64,000 bases of DNA, taken from the NCBI GenBank assembly GCA_045132235.1, contig JBGURX010000020.1, forward strand, positions 7,819 to 71,818. The letters run 5' to 3'. Each line of letters begins with the position of its first letter. The stretch's first letter is position 1. The notes under the pieces were generated by a model. The model was not told the origin of the DNA, did no database searches, and saw only the letters and a program-made list of their open reading frames with translations. This DNA is from Bacteroidales bacterium. GTDB taxonomy: Bacteria > Bacteroidota > Bacteroidia > Bacteroidales > WCHB1-69. Shown in pieces: positions 46,450-55,880 of this stretch. A program made the translations under genes and the position numbers.

Positions 46450-47172
46450 TTATTCGAAAATAAAGGAGACCTGCAGCATCTTCGAGCGGAGCGACTGCAC
46501 GCTCTGCGCGTACATGTTGTCCTCTTTCACCAGCAGGTTCATCAGTCCGAACGACATCTTGAACTCGGTGGTGAATTTGAAATAGGTGCAGTAGAAGTCG
46601 ATGCCCACACCCACCTGTGCCTGCACGTCGTGCGGGTAGAGTTTGAGCATGATTTCGTTGGGATTGCTGTTCTTTTTCTTCGCCGCCGATATGAGGTCGA
46701 GGCTGTATTGTGCGCCGCCAATGACGTACGCACGCACGTTGTGCATACGCGACGACTTGAACTTCACCAGCAAAGGCAGATCCAGATACACCGACTCGAT
46801 GCGTTTCTTGGTAATCAGCTGCGAGGCATCGGGGTAAAGGATGGTGTAGCGCACCACGCGGTCGCCGAAGGAGAGTCCGGGGATGAAACGCAGGTCGAAA
46901 TACTTGCCGAGACGAAGGTTGGTGACGATGCCGAGGTTGAAACCGCTCATGGCGGCAGTGTTGATGACCATGAGGGAATCGTACTGGCTGAGGTCGTTGT
47001 CGGAGCGGATGGAGAAGTCGAACTGGTTGTAGCCGAGAAGGAAGCCGAAATGGAACAGCTGGTTGTCGTATTTCTGGAGGTTCGGCACGCCAAAGTTGAA
47101 TTTTTGTGCGTGCCCGGGAATGGACAACGCCAACACCATCAGGAGTATGAGAAGAGCTTTACACTTTTTCAC
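46450..47172 (-). CDS. PorT/SprT-like outer-membrane beta-barrel protein
   Basis: 240 aa with a GTG start (cac at 47170-47172). Signal peptide, N-terminal NLQKYDNQLFHFGFLLGYNQFDF and a C-terminal aromatic-rich end, typical of OMP_b-brl_2/PorT-family proteins. The family call comes from pattern memory only. Confidence 0.5.
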   Translation of the reverse strand: MKKCKALLILLMVLALSIPGHAQKFNFGVPNLQKYDNQLFHFGFLLGYNQFDFSIRSDNDLSQYDSLMVINTAAMSGFNLGIVTNLRLGKYFDLRFIPGLSFGDRVVRYTILYPDASQLITKKRIESVYLDLPLLVKFKSSRMHNVRAYVIGGAQYSLDLISAAKKKNSNPNEIMLKLYPHDVQAQVGVGIDFYCTYFKFTTEFKMSFGLMNLLVKEDNMYAQSVQSLRSKMLQVSFIFE

Positions 47173-47237
47173 TTTAAAAAATTTAGAAAGATGTAACGAC
47201 AGAAAGCGTCAAATATTGCACGGGAAGAAAATCAATA

Positions 47238-48044
47238 TTATTCCAGATCCCATGCCTCTTTGATGCCCTTGTAGTCGATGCGCACCTGACCGTTGCCGAT
47301 ATACTCGGCCCCCACTTGGATGTCCTCCCTGTTTTCCATAATGGCGGTCATGCTCACCTTTCCGTCCGTCCAATCGATGGCACCCTTCTGGTTGGCCGCC
47401 TGACGGATGGGGGTGTCAATCTGGTAATTCAACAATGCACAGCCTAAGCAATAGATGCCCGAACCCTCCAGCTGATAGGCCGACTCGCCGAGCTTAACCG
47501 GTGTGGCTGCGGCAGTCAGACGCAAATTCCACGATACCGTATCGCCAGCCATAGGGTAATACTCCAACTCCGGAGAGATAAACAAATCAGAGGTTATTTC
47601 CCAACAGCCTGCCTCCACACAACTGACGTTCAAACTGCCACATGGGAATCCGTATTTTCCCATCAAATAATCATCATCCACATAACTAAGCACTTCCCAT
47701 GCGCTCCCCATGTCGGAAAGCAGAGTCTGGTGGGTATTGATGGATTTTTGCAGCTGTTCACCTTTGTAAATCAAATAATTGCCGTTCTCATCCACACGGA
47801 TGCGCTCATTGGGAAAATATTTATCCTCAATCTCAATACGGCCCAGACTGTCGGCGGCGAGCCATGCGTTGAGGTAGAAGGCCGTCTGCACGGGACTTTT
47901 CAACACGTAGTTTGTAATGTTGAACCAACATTCGTGGATCTCCTTGCCGCGCTGGGTGGGACGACGGTCCTTGTCGCCACACTCCCAGATGCAACTGGTG
48001 AAAAATACTGAAAGAATGCAGAAAGTGAAGATATACTTTTTCAT
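47238..48044 (-). CDS. Hypothetical lipoprotein
   Basis: 268 aa. MKKYIFTFCILSVFFTSC lipobox. No recognised domain. Confidence 0.5.
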   Translation of the reverse strand: MKKYIFTFCILSVFFTSCIWECGDKDRRPTQRGKEIHECWFNITNYVLKSPVQTAFYLNAWLAADSLGRIEIEDKYFPNERIRVDENGNYLIYKGEQLQKSINTHQTLLSDMGSAWEVLSYVDDDYLMGKYGFPCGSLNVSCVEAGCWEITSDLFISPELEYYPMAGDTVSWNLRLTAAATPVKLGESAYQLEGSGIYCLGCALLNYQIDTPIRQAANQKGAIDWTDGKVSMTAIMENREDIQVGAEYIGNGQVRIDYKGIKEAWDLE

Positions 48045-48046
48045 GA

Positions 48047-48709
48047 CTAATTATTTTTTTGACCATTAAAACGATAACCGAAGCCCAATCTAAAGATGCC
48101 CATCGGGCCGACACCAAACTCGGCACTGCCGTACCACTTGTAGCCCACCTGCACGCCCACGAAGGTGAGCTGACCGGCGAACTGGGCGAAGGTGCTTTCC
48201 GTATTCCTGTTGAAGTTCACCACGCTGAAGCCGAGACCGATTTCAGAGTAGCAAGTCACGATGGGTTTGTTGACCCACGAAAAGCGGACAGTGGGGATGA
48301 CGGAGAAGATGTGCGTGTACTCGTAGTGGTCGCGCAGGCCGGTGGGACGGTCATACACCGGCTTGTAGAACCCGCAGTAGCTGACGTTACCGCCCACCCA
48401 GAACCACTTGGCCACACGGTAGGAGTAGCCCGCATTGAGGGCGAACGACGACCACGTGATGCCATCGTACTGGTCGGGGGTGAACCAATACCACGGATTG
48501 TAATCCTCCCACGGATCACTGATCATTCTAAAGAACGGCAAATTGTCGGTGGTGGCAGCGGCGATCACCGGGTCGCCGATGGTGAAATGCGCCTCATGGC
48601 GGGGCAGCAGCTGCTTCCAAGAGGACTTGCTTTGAACCGTGTCGCTCTGGGCCCACCCGGTGGTGGCGACCAGCGACAGCAGCAGGATGATGAGGGTTGT
48701 TTTTTTCAT
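48047..48709 (-). CDS. Small outer-membrane beta-barrel protein
   Basis: Track ORF trimmed to the ATG at 48709 (MKKTTLIILLLSLVATTGWA). Alternating aromatic/Gly strands and a C-terminal F/Y-rich end. Confidence 0.55.
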   Translation of the reverse strand: MKKTTLIILLLSLVATTGWAQSDTVQSKSSWKQLLPRHEAHFTIGDPVIAAATTDNLPFFRMISDPWEDYNPWYWFTPDQYDGITWSSFALNAGYSYRVAKWFWVGGNVSYCGFYKPVYDRPTGLRDHYEYTHIFSVIPTVRFSWVNKPIVTCYSEIGLGFSVVNFNRNTESTFAQFAGQLTFVGVQVGYKWYGSAEFGVGPMGIFRLGFGYRFNGQKNN

Positions 48710-48732
48710 GATGATATTTTTTAGGAGATGGT

Positions 48733-48789
48733 GCATGCATTTTGTTGAGACAACGCATGCATTTTGTTGAGACAACGCATGCGTTGTCT
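48733..48789. repeat. 22-bp direct repeat x2 ending in a 20-bp perfect palindrome
   Basis: GCATGCATTTTGTTGAGACAAC occurs at 48733-48754 and 48755-48776. AGACAACGCATGCGTTGTCT (48770-48789) is self-complementary and abuts the MFS gene stop (48790). Confidence 0.85.
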
Positions 48790-50160
48790 TTACTTTTCAG
48801 TTTTCAGTTCCTTTGTGCATTTGATGCCGAAGAAGACCAAGTAGGCGTATGCGAGTATCGGCACGAGGTAGGTATAGTGGTAGCCGTGCATCGCATCGGC
48901 GAGGAAGCCTTGCAGCAGCGGGAGCAGCGCGCCGCCCACGATGGCCATGACCAGCAGCGAGGAGCCCTGCGCCTTGTACTGGCCCAGCCGTGCGATGGCG
49001 CTGGAGAAGATGTTGCCCCACATCACCGAGTTGAACAGTCCCGTGCCCACCAGCAGCCAGATGGCGGGATAGCCCGTCACCACCATGGCGCAGATGAGGA
49101 AGATGATGTTGACCCCCGAGAAGACGGCGATGAGCTTGGTGGAATGCGACTGTCCAGCCATGAAGGCGAAGATGTTGATGACGATGAACGCCAAGTAGGG
49201 CAGCATGTCTTTGGGAGAGAAGGTGTGGGGATGGAGGAAGTAGGTGATGCCCAGCAAAGCGGCGAAGGTGGCCAGCGACACCACGGTCATCAGTCCGTAC
49301 TTGGCGAATTTGTTGCGGAAATTGACGAGCGACAGCGAGCCGAGGAAACGGCCGATCATGAGTCCGCCCCAGTAGAAGGCGAGCAGGATGTTGGATTTTT
49401 CTTCGGGGATGTCGGGGATGAGCTGTTTGGCGCAGTTCTTGAAGCTGCTGCCGATGCACACCTCGGCGCCGACATAGCAGAAGATGGCGAGGATGCCGAA
49501 CAGCAGCAGCGGGTCTTTGAGAGCCTGGGCGCCCATCTTGACCTTCTCTTCGTTCTTGAAGGAGGGCAGCGGCACCACGGCAATCATTACGGCCAACAGC
49601 AGGAACATGCCGCAGAGAATCAGGTAGGGAATGTGGATGTGGGCGGCGTCGCTGAGACGGGCGAGCATGATGCCGCCGACCATCGGGGCGAGGGTGGTGC
49701 CTAAAGAGTTGAATGCCTGCGACAGGTTGAGCCGCCCGGAGGCCCCGTCCGGCTCACCGAGGATGGTGACATACGGGTTGGCCGCTATCTGCAAGAGGGT
49801 GACACCCAGACCGATAACGAACAGTCCGACCAGAAACAGCACATACGAGTGGCTGACCGACGCGGGATAGAACAGCGCGCAGCCGCCCGCCGCCACAACC
49901 AGTCCGGCGAGGATGCCGTACTTGTAGCCCAACTTGCTGATGGGGTCGCCGGCCACCACCGAGATGATGAAATAGACCAACGAGCCGATGAAGTAGGCAC
50001 CGAAGAAAGAGAACTGCACGAACATCGACGCGCCATAGCTGAGCTCGAACATATCCTTGAACTTCGGTATCAGAAGGTCGTTCATGCAGGTGATGAAGCC
50101 CCACATGAAGAAGAGCAGCACGATAACTGCGAATGAGATGAGTTGGGTGCCTTTTTTCAT
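48790..50160 (-). CDS. Sugar MFS transporter (FucP/GluP family)
   Basis: Track ORF trimmed to the ATG at 50160 (MKKGTQLISFAVIVLLFFMWGFITCMNDLLIPKFK...), an N-terminus typical of glucose/galactose and fucose:H+ symporters. 12-TM-like hydrophobicity. Confidence 0.8.
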   Translation of the reverse strand: MKKGTQLISFAVIVLLFFMWGFITCMNDLLIPKFKDMFELSYGASMFVQFSFFGAYFIGSLVYFIISVVAGDPISKLGYKYGILAGLVVAAGGCALFYPASVSHSYVLFLVGLFVIGLGVTLLQIAANPYVTILGEPDGASGRLNLSQAFNSLGTTLAPMVGGIMLARLSDAAHIHIPYLILCGMFLLLAVMIAVVPLPSFKNEEKVKMGAQALKDPLLLFGILAIFCYVGAEVCIGSSFKNCAKQLIPDIPEEKSNILLAFYWGGLMIGRFLGSLSLVNFRNKFAKYGLMTVVSLATFAALLGITYFLHPHTFSPKDMLPYLAFIVINIFAFMAGQSHSTKLIAVFSGVNIIFLICAMVVTGYPAIWLLVGTGLFNSVMWGNIFSSAIARLGQYKAQGSSLLVMAIVGGALLPLLQGFLADAMHGYHYTYLVPILAYAYLVFFGIKCTKELKTEK

Positions 50161-50178
50161 ATCATTTAAAATGGGCTG

Positions 50179-50186
50179 CAAAATTA
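50179..50186 (-). promoter_or_regulatory. -7 box (TAATTTTG) upstream of MFS transporter gene
   Basis: TAnnTTTG on the minus strand, 18 nt upstream of the ATG and 11 nt downstream of the shared 19-nt heptad motif. Confidence 0.45.
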
Positions 50187-50277
50187 CTATTTTAAATTGA
50201 AAATTGAGAATTGAAAGGTGAAAAATCTGAAGAACGTCACCGCACACCTGTATCATCACACACTCACAATAAAATTG

Positions 50278-50285
50278 TATCTTTG
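50278..50285 (+). promoter_or_regulatory. -7 box (TATCTTTG) upstream of mfd
   Basis: TAnnTTTG 20 nt upstream of the ATG at 50306. Confidence 0.4.
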
Positions 50286-50305
50286 CACCCCAAATTTCAG
50301 AGACG

Positions 50306-53300
50306 ATGACCGAAGATGAAATGATGCATTTGCTGCACTCCCCACATCAGGGAAATCTGAATGATTTTTTTGTAAATCAAGAACATAGACTGCACCTCTC
50401 GGGGCTGTCCGGCTCGTCGCTGGCCTTGGCGGTGGTCCCGCTGCTGGAGCCGCTCACCCGCAACCATCTCTTCATCTTCCCCGACCGCGAAAGCTCCGCC
50501 TTCTTCTACCACGACCTCGAAAAACTCCTTTCAGATGTCAACCGACCGCTGGAGCAGAAACAGGTACACTACTTCCCCGCCTCCTACCGCCGTCCCTACG
50601 ACTTGGAGGAGGTGGACAACGCCAACATCAAACTTCGCTCCGAAATCATCAACAAGCTTTTATATGAAGAGAGCCGGAGCGTCATCGTCACCTACCCCGA
50701 GGCCATCGCCGAAAAGCTCACCTCCACCCGCTTCCTCAAAGCCAACTCCTACACGGTGAAAAAGGGCGAAATGCTTCCCCTCGACATCTTCATCAACTTC
50801 CTTTACGAATACCAATACCAGCAGGAAGATTTCGTGTTCGAGCCCGGCCAGTTTGCCTGGCGCGGTGCCATCTTCGACATCTTCTCCTACTCAGAAGAAT
50901 ATCCCTATCGCATTGAGCTGTCGGGCGATACGGTGGAATCCATCCGTCTGTTCGACACCAACACGCAGCTCTCCATCCGCGAGGTGGACCAGCTGCACAT
51001 CATGCCGCTGGCCTCGTCGCTCGAAACGGAAGAGCAACGGGTGAGTTTCTTCGAGTTCCTGCAGCCCAACGACCTTTTCTGGGTGAAAAAGTGCGGCGAC
51101 GTGAAGACCACCATCCAGCGCAACTACAAAAAGGTAGTGGAGGAATTTGAGAAGAACGACTCCCCTATCGGCCACGTGCTGCCCGAAGAGCTGTACATCG
51201 ACGGCAACGCCTTCATCGACCGCTTCCAAGAGCACGACTTCGTGGAAATCGACTCCACCTTCTTCCACGAATACGACCGCAATGTGGATTTCTACATCCA
51301 GCCGCAGAACGCCTTCAGCAAGAATTTCGACCTGCTGCTGAACGAGTGGATCGACAACCTCGAGCACGGCTACGAAACCGTGTTCCTGACCGAGAACGAG
51401 CAACAGCGGGCGCGCATGTCGCACATTATGAACGACATGCTGACGGCCTACAACCTCCAGAACAAGACCGAATACACCGTGGAGCAGCTTTTCCACTCAT
51501 ACCCTTTCATTCTGCACGAAGGCTTCCGCGACGAGGAGGGCAAGCTGTGTGTTTACACCGACCATCAGATTTTCGAGAAATACCACCGCTTCGTCATCCG
51601 CGACCGCTACAAACGCAGCGAGGCCTTCACCCTGAAGGAGATTTACGACCTGCAGCCCGGCGACTACGTGGTGCACATCGACCACGGTATCGGCGTGTAC
51701 GAGGGTCTGGCCAAGATGGAGGTGAACGGTGTGGAGCAGGAGGCCATCCAGCTGCGCTATAAGGATGGCGACCAGCTGTTTATCAGCATCCACTCTTTAC
51801 ATAAGATTACCAAATACGTCGGTAAGGACGGCACGCCGCCCACCCTGCACCGCCTTGGCTCGGGCACGTGGGAGAAGATGAAAGAGCGCACCAAACGGCG
51901 CGTGAAGGAGCTGGCGGTGGATCTTATCAAGCTGTATGCCAAGCGGAAAGCGCAGAAAGGTTTCGCCTTCTCGGCCGACAACTACCTGCAGACCGAGCTG
52001 GAGGCCTCCTTCATCTACGAGGACACGCCGGACCAGGTGAAGGCCATGCACGATATCAAAAACGATATGGAGGCCGACTGTCCCATGGACCGCCTGCTGT
52101 GCGGCGATGTGGGGTTCGGCAAGACCGAGCTGGCCATCCGTGCCGCCTTCAAGGCTGTGTGCGACAGCAAGCAGGTGGCCGTGCTGGTGCCCACCACCGT
52201 GCTGGCGCTGCAGCACTTCACCACCTTTTCCGAACGACTCCACAACATGCCCTGCCGCGTGGGCTACATCAACCGGTTCCGTACCGCCAAACAGATCCGT
52301 GAGACGCTGAAAGATCTGAAAGAAGGGAAATTGGATATTCTGATCGGCACGCACCGCATTTTGGGTAAAGATGTGGTTTTTAAGGATTTGGGATTGTTGA
52401 TTATTGATGAAGAGCAAAAGTTCGGTGTGGGGGCGAAAGAGAAACTGCGCGAGCTGAAGGTGACGGTGGACACGCTCACCATGTCGGCGACGCCGATACC
52501 GCGCACGCTGCAGTTCTCGATGATGGGTGCCCGCGACATCTCGGTCATCATGACGCCGCCGGCCAACCGCTACCCGATACAGACCGAGGTGCACACCTTC
52601 GACGAGGAGATCATCCGCGACGCCATCCGCTACGAGATGCAGCGCGGCGGGCAGGTGTTTGTGGTACACAACAAGGTGCAGAACATCATGGAGGTGGCGG
52701 GACTGGTGAAGCGGCTTGTGCCCGACGCGCGGGTGGCAGTCGGTCACGGCCAGATGGAGGGCAAGGAGCTGGAGCAGGTGATGATGGACTTCATCGACGG
52801 ACGCTACGACGTGCTGGTGGCGACCACCATTGTGGAGTCGGGGCTCGACATCACCAACGCCAACACCATGATTATCAACGATGCACAGAATTTCGCGCTC
52901 AACGTGCTGCACCAGTTGCGCGGCCGTGTGGGACGAAACAACAAGAAGGCCTTCTGCTATATGCTCACGAAGCCGATGGATACCCTCAACGACCAGGCCC
53001 GGAAGCGCCTGAAGGCCATCGAGGACTTCTCCGAAATCGGCAGCGGCTTCCAAATCGCCATGCGCGACATGGACATCCGCGGGGCGGGCGACGTGCTGGG
53101 CGCCGACCAGAGCGGATTCATCTCCGACATCGGATTCGAGACCTACCAGAAGATCCTCAACGAGGCCATCCTCGAGCTGCAGGACCAGAACTCGCTGGAC
53201 GATGCGCCAGACCAGCCGTTGGTGCAGCGCGAGTGCATGCTCGAAACCGACCTCGGCCTCCTCTTCCCCAGCGACTACATCGCCAGTCTGAGCGAAAGGA

Positions 53301-53695
53301 TGAGCCTTTACAAAGAGCTCGACCACATCCGCACCGACGAGGAGTTAGAGAAATTCCGCAGCAAGCTGTTGGACATGTTCGGTGCGCTGCCGAAAGCTAC
53401 GCAGGAGTTGCTGAAAACCATCCCGTTGCGCCGCATCGCCGCCGGCCTTTTCTTCGACAAAATCGTGCTGAAGCAGAAAATGATGGTGTGCCATTTCATC
53501 GACAACAGCGAGTCGCCCTTCTACCAGTCGGCGCTTTTCGGCAACATTCTTTCCTTCATGCAGCGCAATTTCCCGAAGACACAAATCAAGGAAACGAACA
53601 AAAAACTGACGCTTGTCATCCAAAATGTGCCCACCATCGAGCAGGCATTGATATGGATAGAGCGTATCGACCGCGAATGCAACACAGCGCAATAA
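50306..53695 (+). CDS. mfd: Transcription-repair coupling factor
   Basis: 1129 aa. CarD-like GDYVVHIDHGIGVYEGL, SF2 motifs GDVGFGKTE and LLIIDEEQKFG, and RGRVGR. Confidence 0.93.
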   Translation: MTEDEMMHLLHSPHQGNLNDFFVNQEHRLHLSGLSGSSLALAVVPLLEPLTRNHLFIFPDRESSAFFYHDLEKLLSDVNRPLEQKQVHYFPASYRRPYDLEEVDNANIKLRSEIINKLLYEESRSVIVTYPEAIAEKLTSTRFLKANSYTVKKGEMLPLDIFINFLYEYQYQQEDFVFEPGQFAWRGAIFDIFSYSEEYPYRIELSGDTVESIRLFDTNTQLSIREVDQLHIMPLASSLETEEQRVSFFEFLQPNDLFWVKKCGDVKTTIQRNYKKVVEEFEKNDSPIGHVLPEELYIDGNAFIDRFQEHDFVEIDSTFFHEYDRNVDFYIQPQNAFSKNFDLLLNEWIDNLEHGYETVFLTENEQQRARMSHIMNDMLTAYNLQNKTEYTVEQLFHSYPFILHEGFRDEEGKLCVYTDHQIFEKYHRFVIRDRYKRSEAFTLKEIYDLQPGDYVVHIDHGIGVYEGLAKMEVNGVEQEAIQLRYKDGDQLFISIHSLHKITKYVGKDGTPPTLHRLGSGTWEKMKERTKRRVKELAVDLIKLYAKRKAQKGFAFSADNYLQTELEASFIYEDTPDQVKAMHDIKNDMEADCPMDRLLCGDVGFGKTELAIRAAFKAVCDSKQVAVLVPTTVLALQHFTTFSERLHNMPCRVGYINRFRTAKQIRETLKDLKEGKLDILIGTHRILGKDVVFKDLGLLIIDEEQKFGVGAKEKLRELKVTVDTLTMSATPIPRTLQFSMMGARDISVIMTPPANRYPIQTEVHTFDEEIIRDAIRYEMQRGGQVFVVHNKVQNIMEVAGLVKRLVPDARVAVGHGQMEGKELEQVMMDFIDGRYDVLVATTIVESGLDITNANTMIINDAQNFALNVLHQLRGRVGRNNKKAFCYMLTKPMDTLNDQARKRLKAIEDFSEIGSGFQIAMRDMDIRGAGDVLGADQSGFISDIGFETYQKILNEAILELQDQNSLDDAPDQPLVQRECMLETDLGLLFPSDYIASLSERMSLYKELDHIRTDEELEKFRSKLLDMFGALPKATQELLKTIPLRRIAAGLFFDKIVLKQKMMVCHFIDNSESPFYQSALFGNILSFMQRNFPKTQIKETNKKLTLVIQNVPTIEQALIWIERIDRECNTAQ

Positions 53696-53776
53696 ATTAT
53701 CCATCAATATTTTATAAAAAATTTTAGATAAAAATAAAAATTTGAGAAAGAATGCTGTGCGAAACGAAAAAAGTTG

Positions 53777-53784
53777 TAATTTTG
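53777..53784 (+). promoter_or_regulatory. -7 box (TAATTTTG) upstream of tRNA-Lys
   Basis: TAnnTTTG 22 nt upstream of the mature tRNA 5' end. Confidence 0.45.
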
Positions 53785-53806
53785 CACCCTCTTTCAGCGA
53801 GAGAAT

Positions 53807-53882
53807 GTCTCCTTAGCTCAGCTGGTAGAGCAATTGACTCTTAATCAATGGGCCCAGGGTTCGAGTCCCTGAGGGGACACCA
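53807..53882 (+). tRNA. tRNA-Lys (anticodon CUU), CCA encoded
   Basis: Hand-folded 76 nt. Acceptor GTCTCCT/AGGGGAC, D-arm GCTC-AGCTGGTA-GAGC, anticodon arm ATTGA-CTCTTAA-TCAAT, T-arm CAGGG-TTCGAGT-CCCTG, then ACCA. Confidence 0.9.
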
Positions 53883-53912
53883 GAAGCCGCCAAATGGCGG
53901 CTTCTTTATTTA
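53883..53912 (+). terminator. Rho-independent terminator after tRNA-Lys
   Basis: GAAGCCGCC-AAAT-GGCGGCTTC followed by TTTATTTATT. Confidence 0.75.
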
Positions 53913-53994
53913 TTGGTTTTCAAATACTTACAAATATCTCTTCCTGAGTTTATGTACCAATCACCCTATCGTTGGACATACTTTTTATTTTCCA

Positions 53995-54279
53995 TCAACA
54001 GACTTTCCAAAACCACACCAGCAGGGCAATCTGTATCAACAACATAACCGGCACACCATAGCGAAATTTCTTGTGCTGGGTTTTATGGTGCCAAATCCCC
54101 ATCCCCAGCCACGCGCCGACGCTGCCGCCAATGGCCGCCAGTCCCAACAGCACACTCTCGGGAATCCGCCACCGCGCCCGCTTTGCCCTCCACTTGTCGA
54201 TGCCGTAAAGGAGGAAGGTGACCACGTTGATGGCGAGGAGGTAGAGAGTGAGGAGAGCGGTAAGGGAAATATTCTGCAT
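53995..54279 (-). CDS. DUF1294 family membrane protein
   Basis: 94 aa. YGIDKWRAKRARWRIPE...GGSVGAWLGM...HKTQHKKF is the characteristic DUF1294 pattern. Confidence 0.75.
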   Translation of the reverse strand: MQNISLTALLTLYLLAINVVTFLLYGIDKWRAKRARWRIPESVLLGLAAIGGSVGAWLGMGIWHHKTQHKKFRYGVPVMLLIQIALLVWFWKVC

Positions 54280-54349
54280 GGCTTAAATAACTTACTTTAT
54301 TATTAATCAGGTTGTTATATGGTTTTCTATCACATTCTCGGAAAAAAAA

Positions 54350-55000
54350 TCATCCCTCGCAAAGCGCTTCGGGTGTGCAACCGAGAACACGTGACAATGC
54401 TAATACGCTCTGCGCCTCTGCCTTACGGATGTCCTGATCTCTTTGTTCGTAGGCCTGGATCATTCTGAGTGTCACCCCCGACAGCACAGAGAGCTCTCGT
54501 TGCGTGATATGCTGCCGTTTGCGTATCGCCTTCAACCTGTTTTGACGAGTGTCTAACTGTCGTTGGAGGATACTGTCCGCAGTCTGAACGAACTTCGAGA
54601 GGTCTGCTTCGTGCAATGTAGGGTAAAGTGATAGTATCGTGTTGATATCCAATCCATTTCTTTGGATAAAGGAGAACGAATAGGCGGTGTGCCACTGGTA
54701 GTATGCCAGCGCCCAGCCCGTCCAATATTCGGGGGTGCGGTCTAACGGAATGTAGGTCGTGTCAGATATGGACCTGTCGGAGGATCTATCCATGACAATC
54801 TGCACCAGCTCCATTCCAGACAACCCCGAAATGTAACGGGGATTCCCCGACTCTATCTGCATGGCAACCCCGCTGGCCAAGAACAACTCATAGAAAACCG
54901 ATAGGTCGAGATGCAGGGCGTTGACGGCACAGTCAAGCATAGTGCCCATATTGTGCATGGCATCCTCAAGGTACAACTGATTATATGCGTGGGTCATCAT
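54350..55000 (-). CDS. XRE-type HTH protein with N-terminal unknown domain (partner of DUF3990 gene)
   Basis: The track start at 55027 is TTG; the ATG is at 55000 (MMTHAYNQ...). The C-terminal HTH is ITQRELSVLSGVTLRMIQAYEQRDQDI. It overlaps the upstream gene end by 20 nt. Confidence 0.65.
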   Translation of the reverse strand: MMTHAYNQLYLEDAMHNMGTMLDCAVNALHLDLSVFYELFLASGVAMQIESGNPRYISGLSGMELVQIVMDRSSDRSISDTTYIPLDRTPEYWTGWALAYYQWHTAYSFSFIQRNGLDINTILSLYPTLHEADLSKFVQTADSILQRQLDTRQNRLKAIRKRQHITQRELSVLSGVTLRMIQAYEQRDQDIRKAEAQSVLALSRVLGCTPEALCEG

Positions 55001-55658
55001 TAGTCCATTTTTGTCTAAGAATATCAATCATATAGAAGGCATCCATGGCAGTCGGTGTGGATTTCTCGTTCTGAAATTCATCCCGCGCTTGGCGGTCACG
55101 GGACTGCCTTTTCGGAAAATAGAGACTGCTGTCAACCGAAATGCTCTCCTTGAAAGTCAGGTGCGTGAAAGCCTTCTCGCTTTTAACCACCACCTGTTCC
55201 CCTAACTTCCCCAAAAACATCGCCTTACGAAGTTGTTCCAACGAAATGGTGTTGTTAAGGAAAGCATTGGCAAAAGCAAAATAGGAATCATCCGCACGAT
55301 AACCGACAATGAGGTCGTATTGCTCGTATTCGGGTAGAAAATGTTCCAAAAGATACGTTCTTGCCTCGACGGGCAAACCTTGCGAAAGTACGAAAGTTCT
55401 GTTTTTTAGCAAAATTGAGAGCCAATTCAGTATATGATACGGTTTGTCGTTCAAGTGCAGGATGCTTAATCCATCCAAATCCAATTCATAACAATTGGCA
55501 AAACCGTCGTTTTTTTCTGTACTGGCCCACTCTTTTGCAAGTTCCAGATTTTCAGTGCAGTAAAAACCAAGGCCATAGTCGTTTTTCAGGTTCCCGATAC
55601 CGAAAACAGGCTTTTCAATGACCTTCGTCGAACCGTGATACAAGATGATGTTTTTCAT
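54981..55658 (-). CDS. DUF3990 domain protein
   Basis: 225 aa. The N-terminus MKNIILYHGSTKVIEKPVFG...DYGLGFYCTENLELAKEWA matches my recollection of the DUF3990 family. Confidence 0.6.
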   Translation of the reverse strand: MKNIILYHGSTKVIEKPVFGIGNLKNDYGLGFYCTENLELAKEWASTEKNDGFANCYELDLDGLSILHLNDKPYHILNWLSILLKNRTFVLSQGLPVEARTYLLEHFLPEYEQYDLIVGYRADDSYFAFANAFLNNTISLEQLRKAMFLGKLGEQVVVKSEKAFTHLTFKESISVDSSLYFPKRQSRDRQARDEFQNEKSTPTAMDAFYMIDILRQKWTNDDPRI

Positions 55659-55754
55659 AAAACTATCGTTATAACGAGAGTTTGCAAAAATACAAAAATA
55701 TTTGATTGAGGATAATGATGAAAAAAAAATTCCTGAAAGCTAATATTTAAAACC

Positions 55755-55829
55755 GTAGGGCTGCCATATTATGACAGCCCTACATGGTTCCTAACGTTCT
55801 TTTGCAGAGACGTTTCATGAAACGTCTCT
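55755..55829 (-). terminator. Two hairpins downstream of leuS
   Basis: The first is a 24-nt perfect palindrome, AGAGACGTTTCATGAAACGTCTCT (55806-55829). The second is GTAGGGCTG...CAGCCCTAC (55755-55783), followed on the minus strand by a T-rich stretch. Confidence 0.55.
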
Positions 55830-55880
55830 ACGGATGACGACATAGATATTACCGTGTGAAATACAGTGACACCTTCCCTC

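Noticed and set aside
48793-48810. A TTTTCAGTTTTCAG heptad copy at the 3' end of the MFS gene, possibly forming inverted repeats with the promoter motif at 50198-50230 around the transporter gene
   Set aside because: The similarity is only at the level of a loose 7-nt unit. This copy lies inside the coding sequence (it encodes ...ELKTEK), and there is no extended match, so it is probably coincidence.
48790-50259. N-terminal extensions in the ORF track (48790..50259; also 53..994, 6383..7033, 8737..9753, 48047..48775, 61700..62818, 39377..40777, 54350..55027, 43678..44709)
   Set aside because: Several of the track starts are TTG/GTG codons or lie upstream of a much better ATG that begins a signal peptide or a family-typical N-terminus. 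The extensions would also overlap neighbouring genes or promoters.
53848-54306. 152-aa plus-strand ORF
   Set aside because: It starts inside the tRNA-Lys gene and runs antisense through the DUF1294 gene, so it is spurious.
55806-55829. 24-nt perfect palindrome AGAGACGTTTCATGAAACGTCTCT as a possible operator or recombination site
   Set aside because: It lies immediately downstream of leuS next to a second hairpin. The simplest reading is a transcription terminator or RNA-stability hairpin, and I noticed no second copy in the window.
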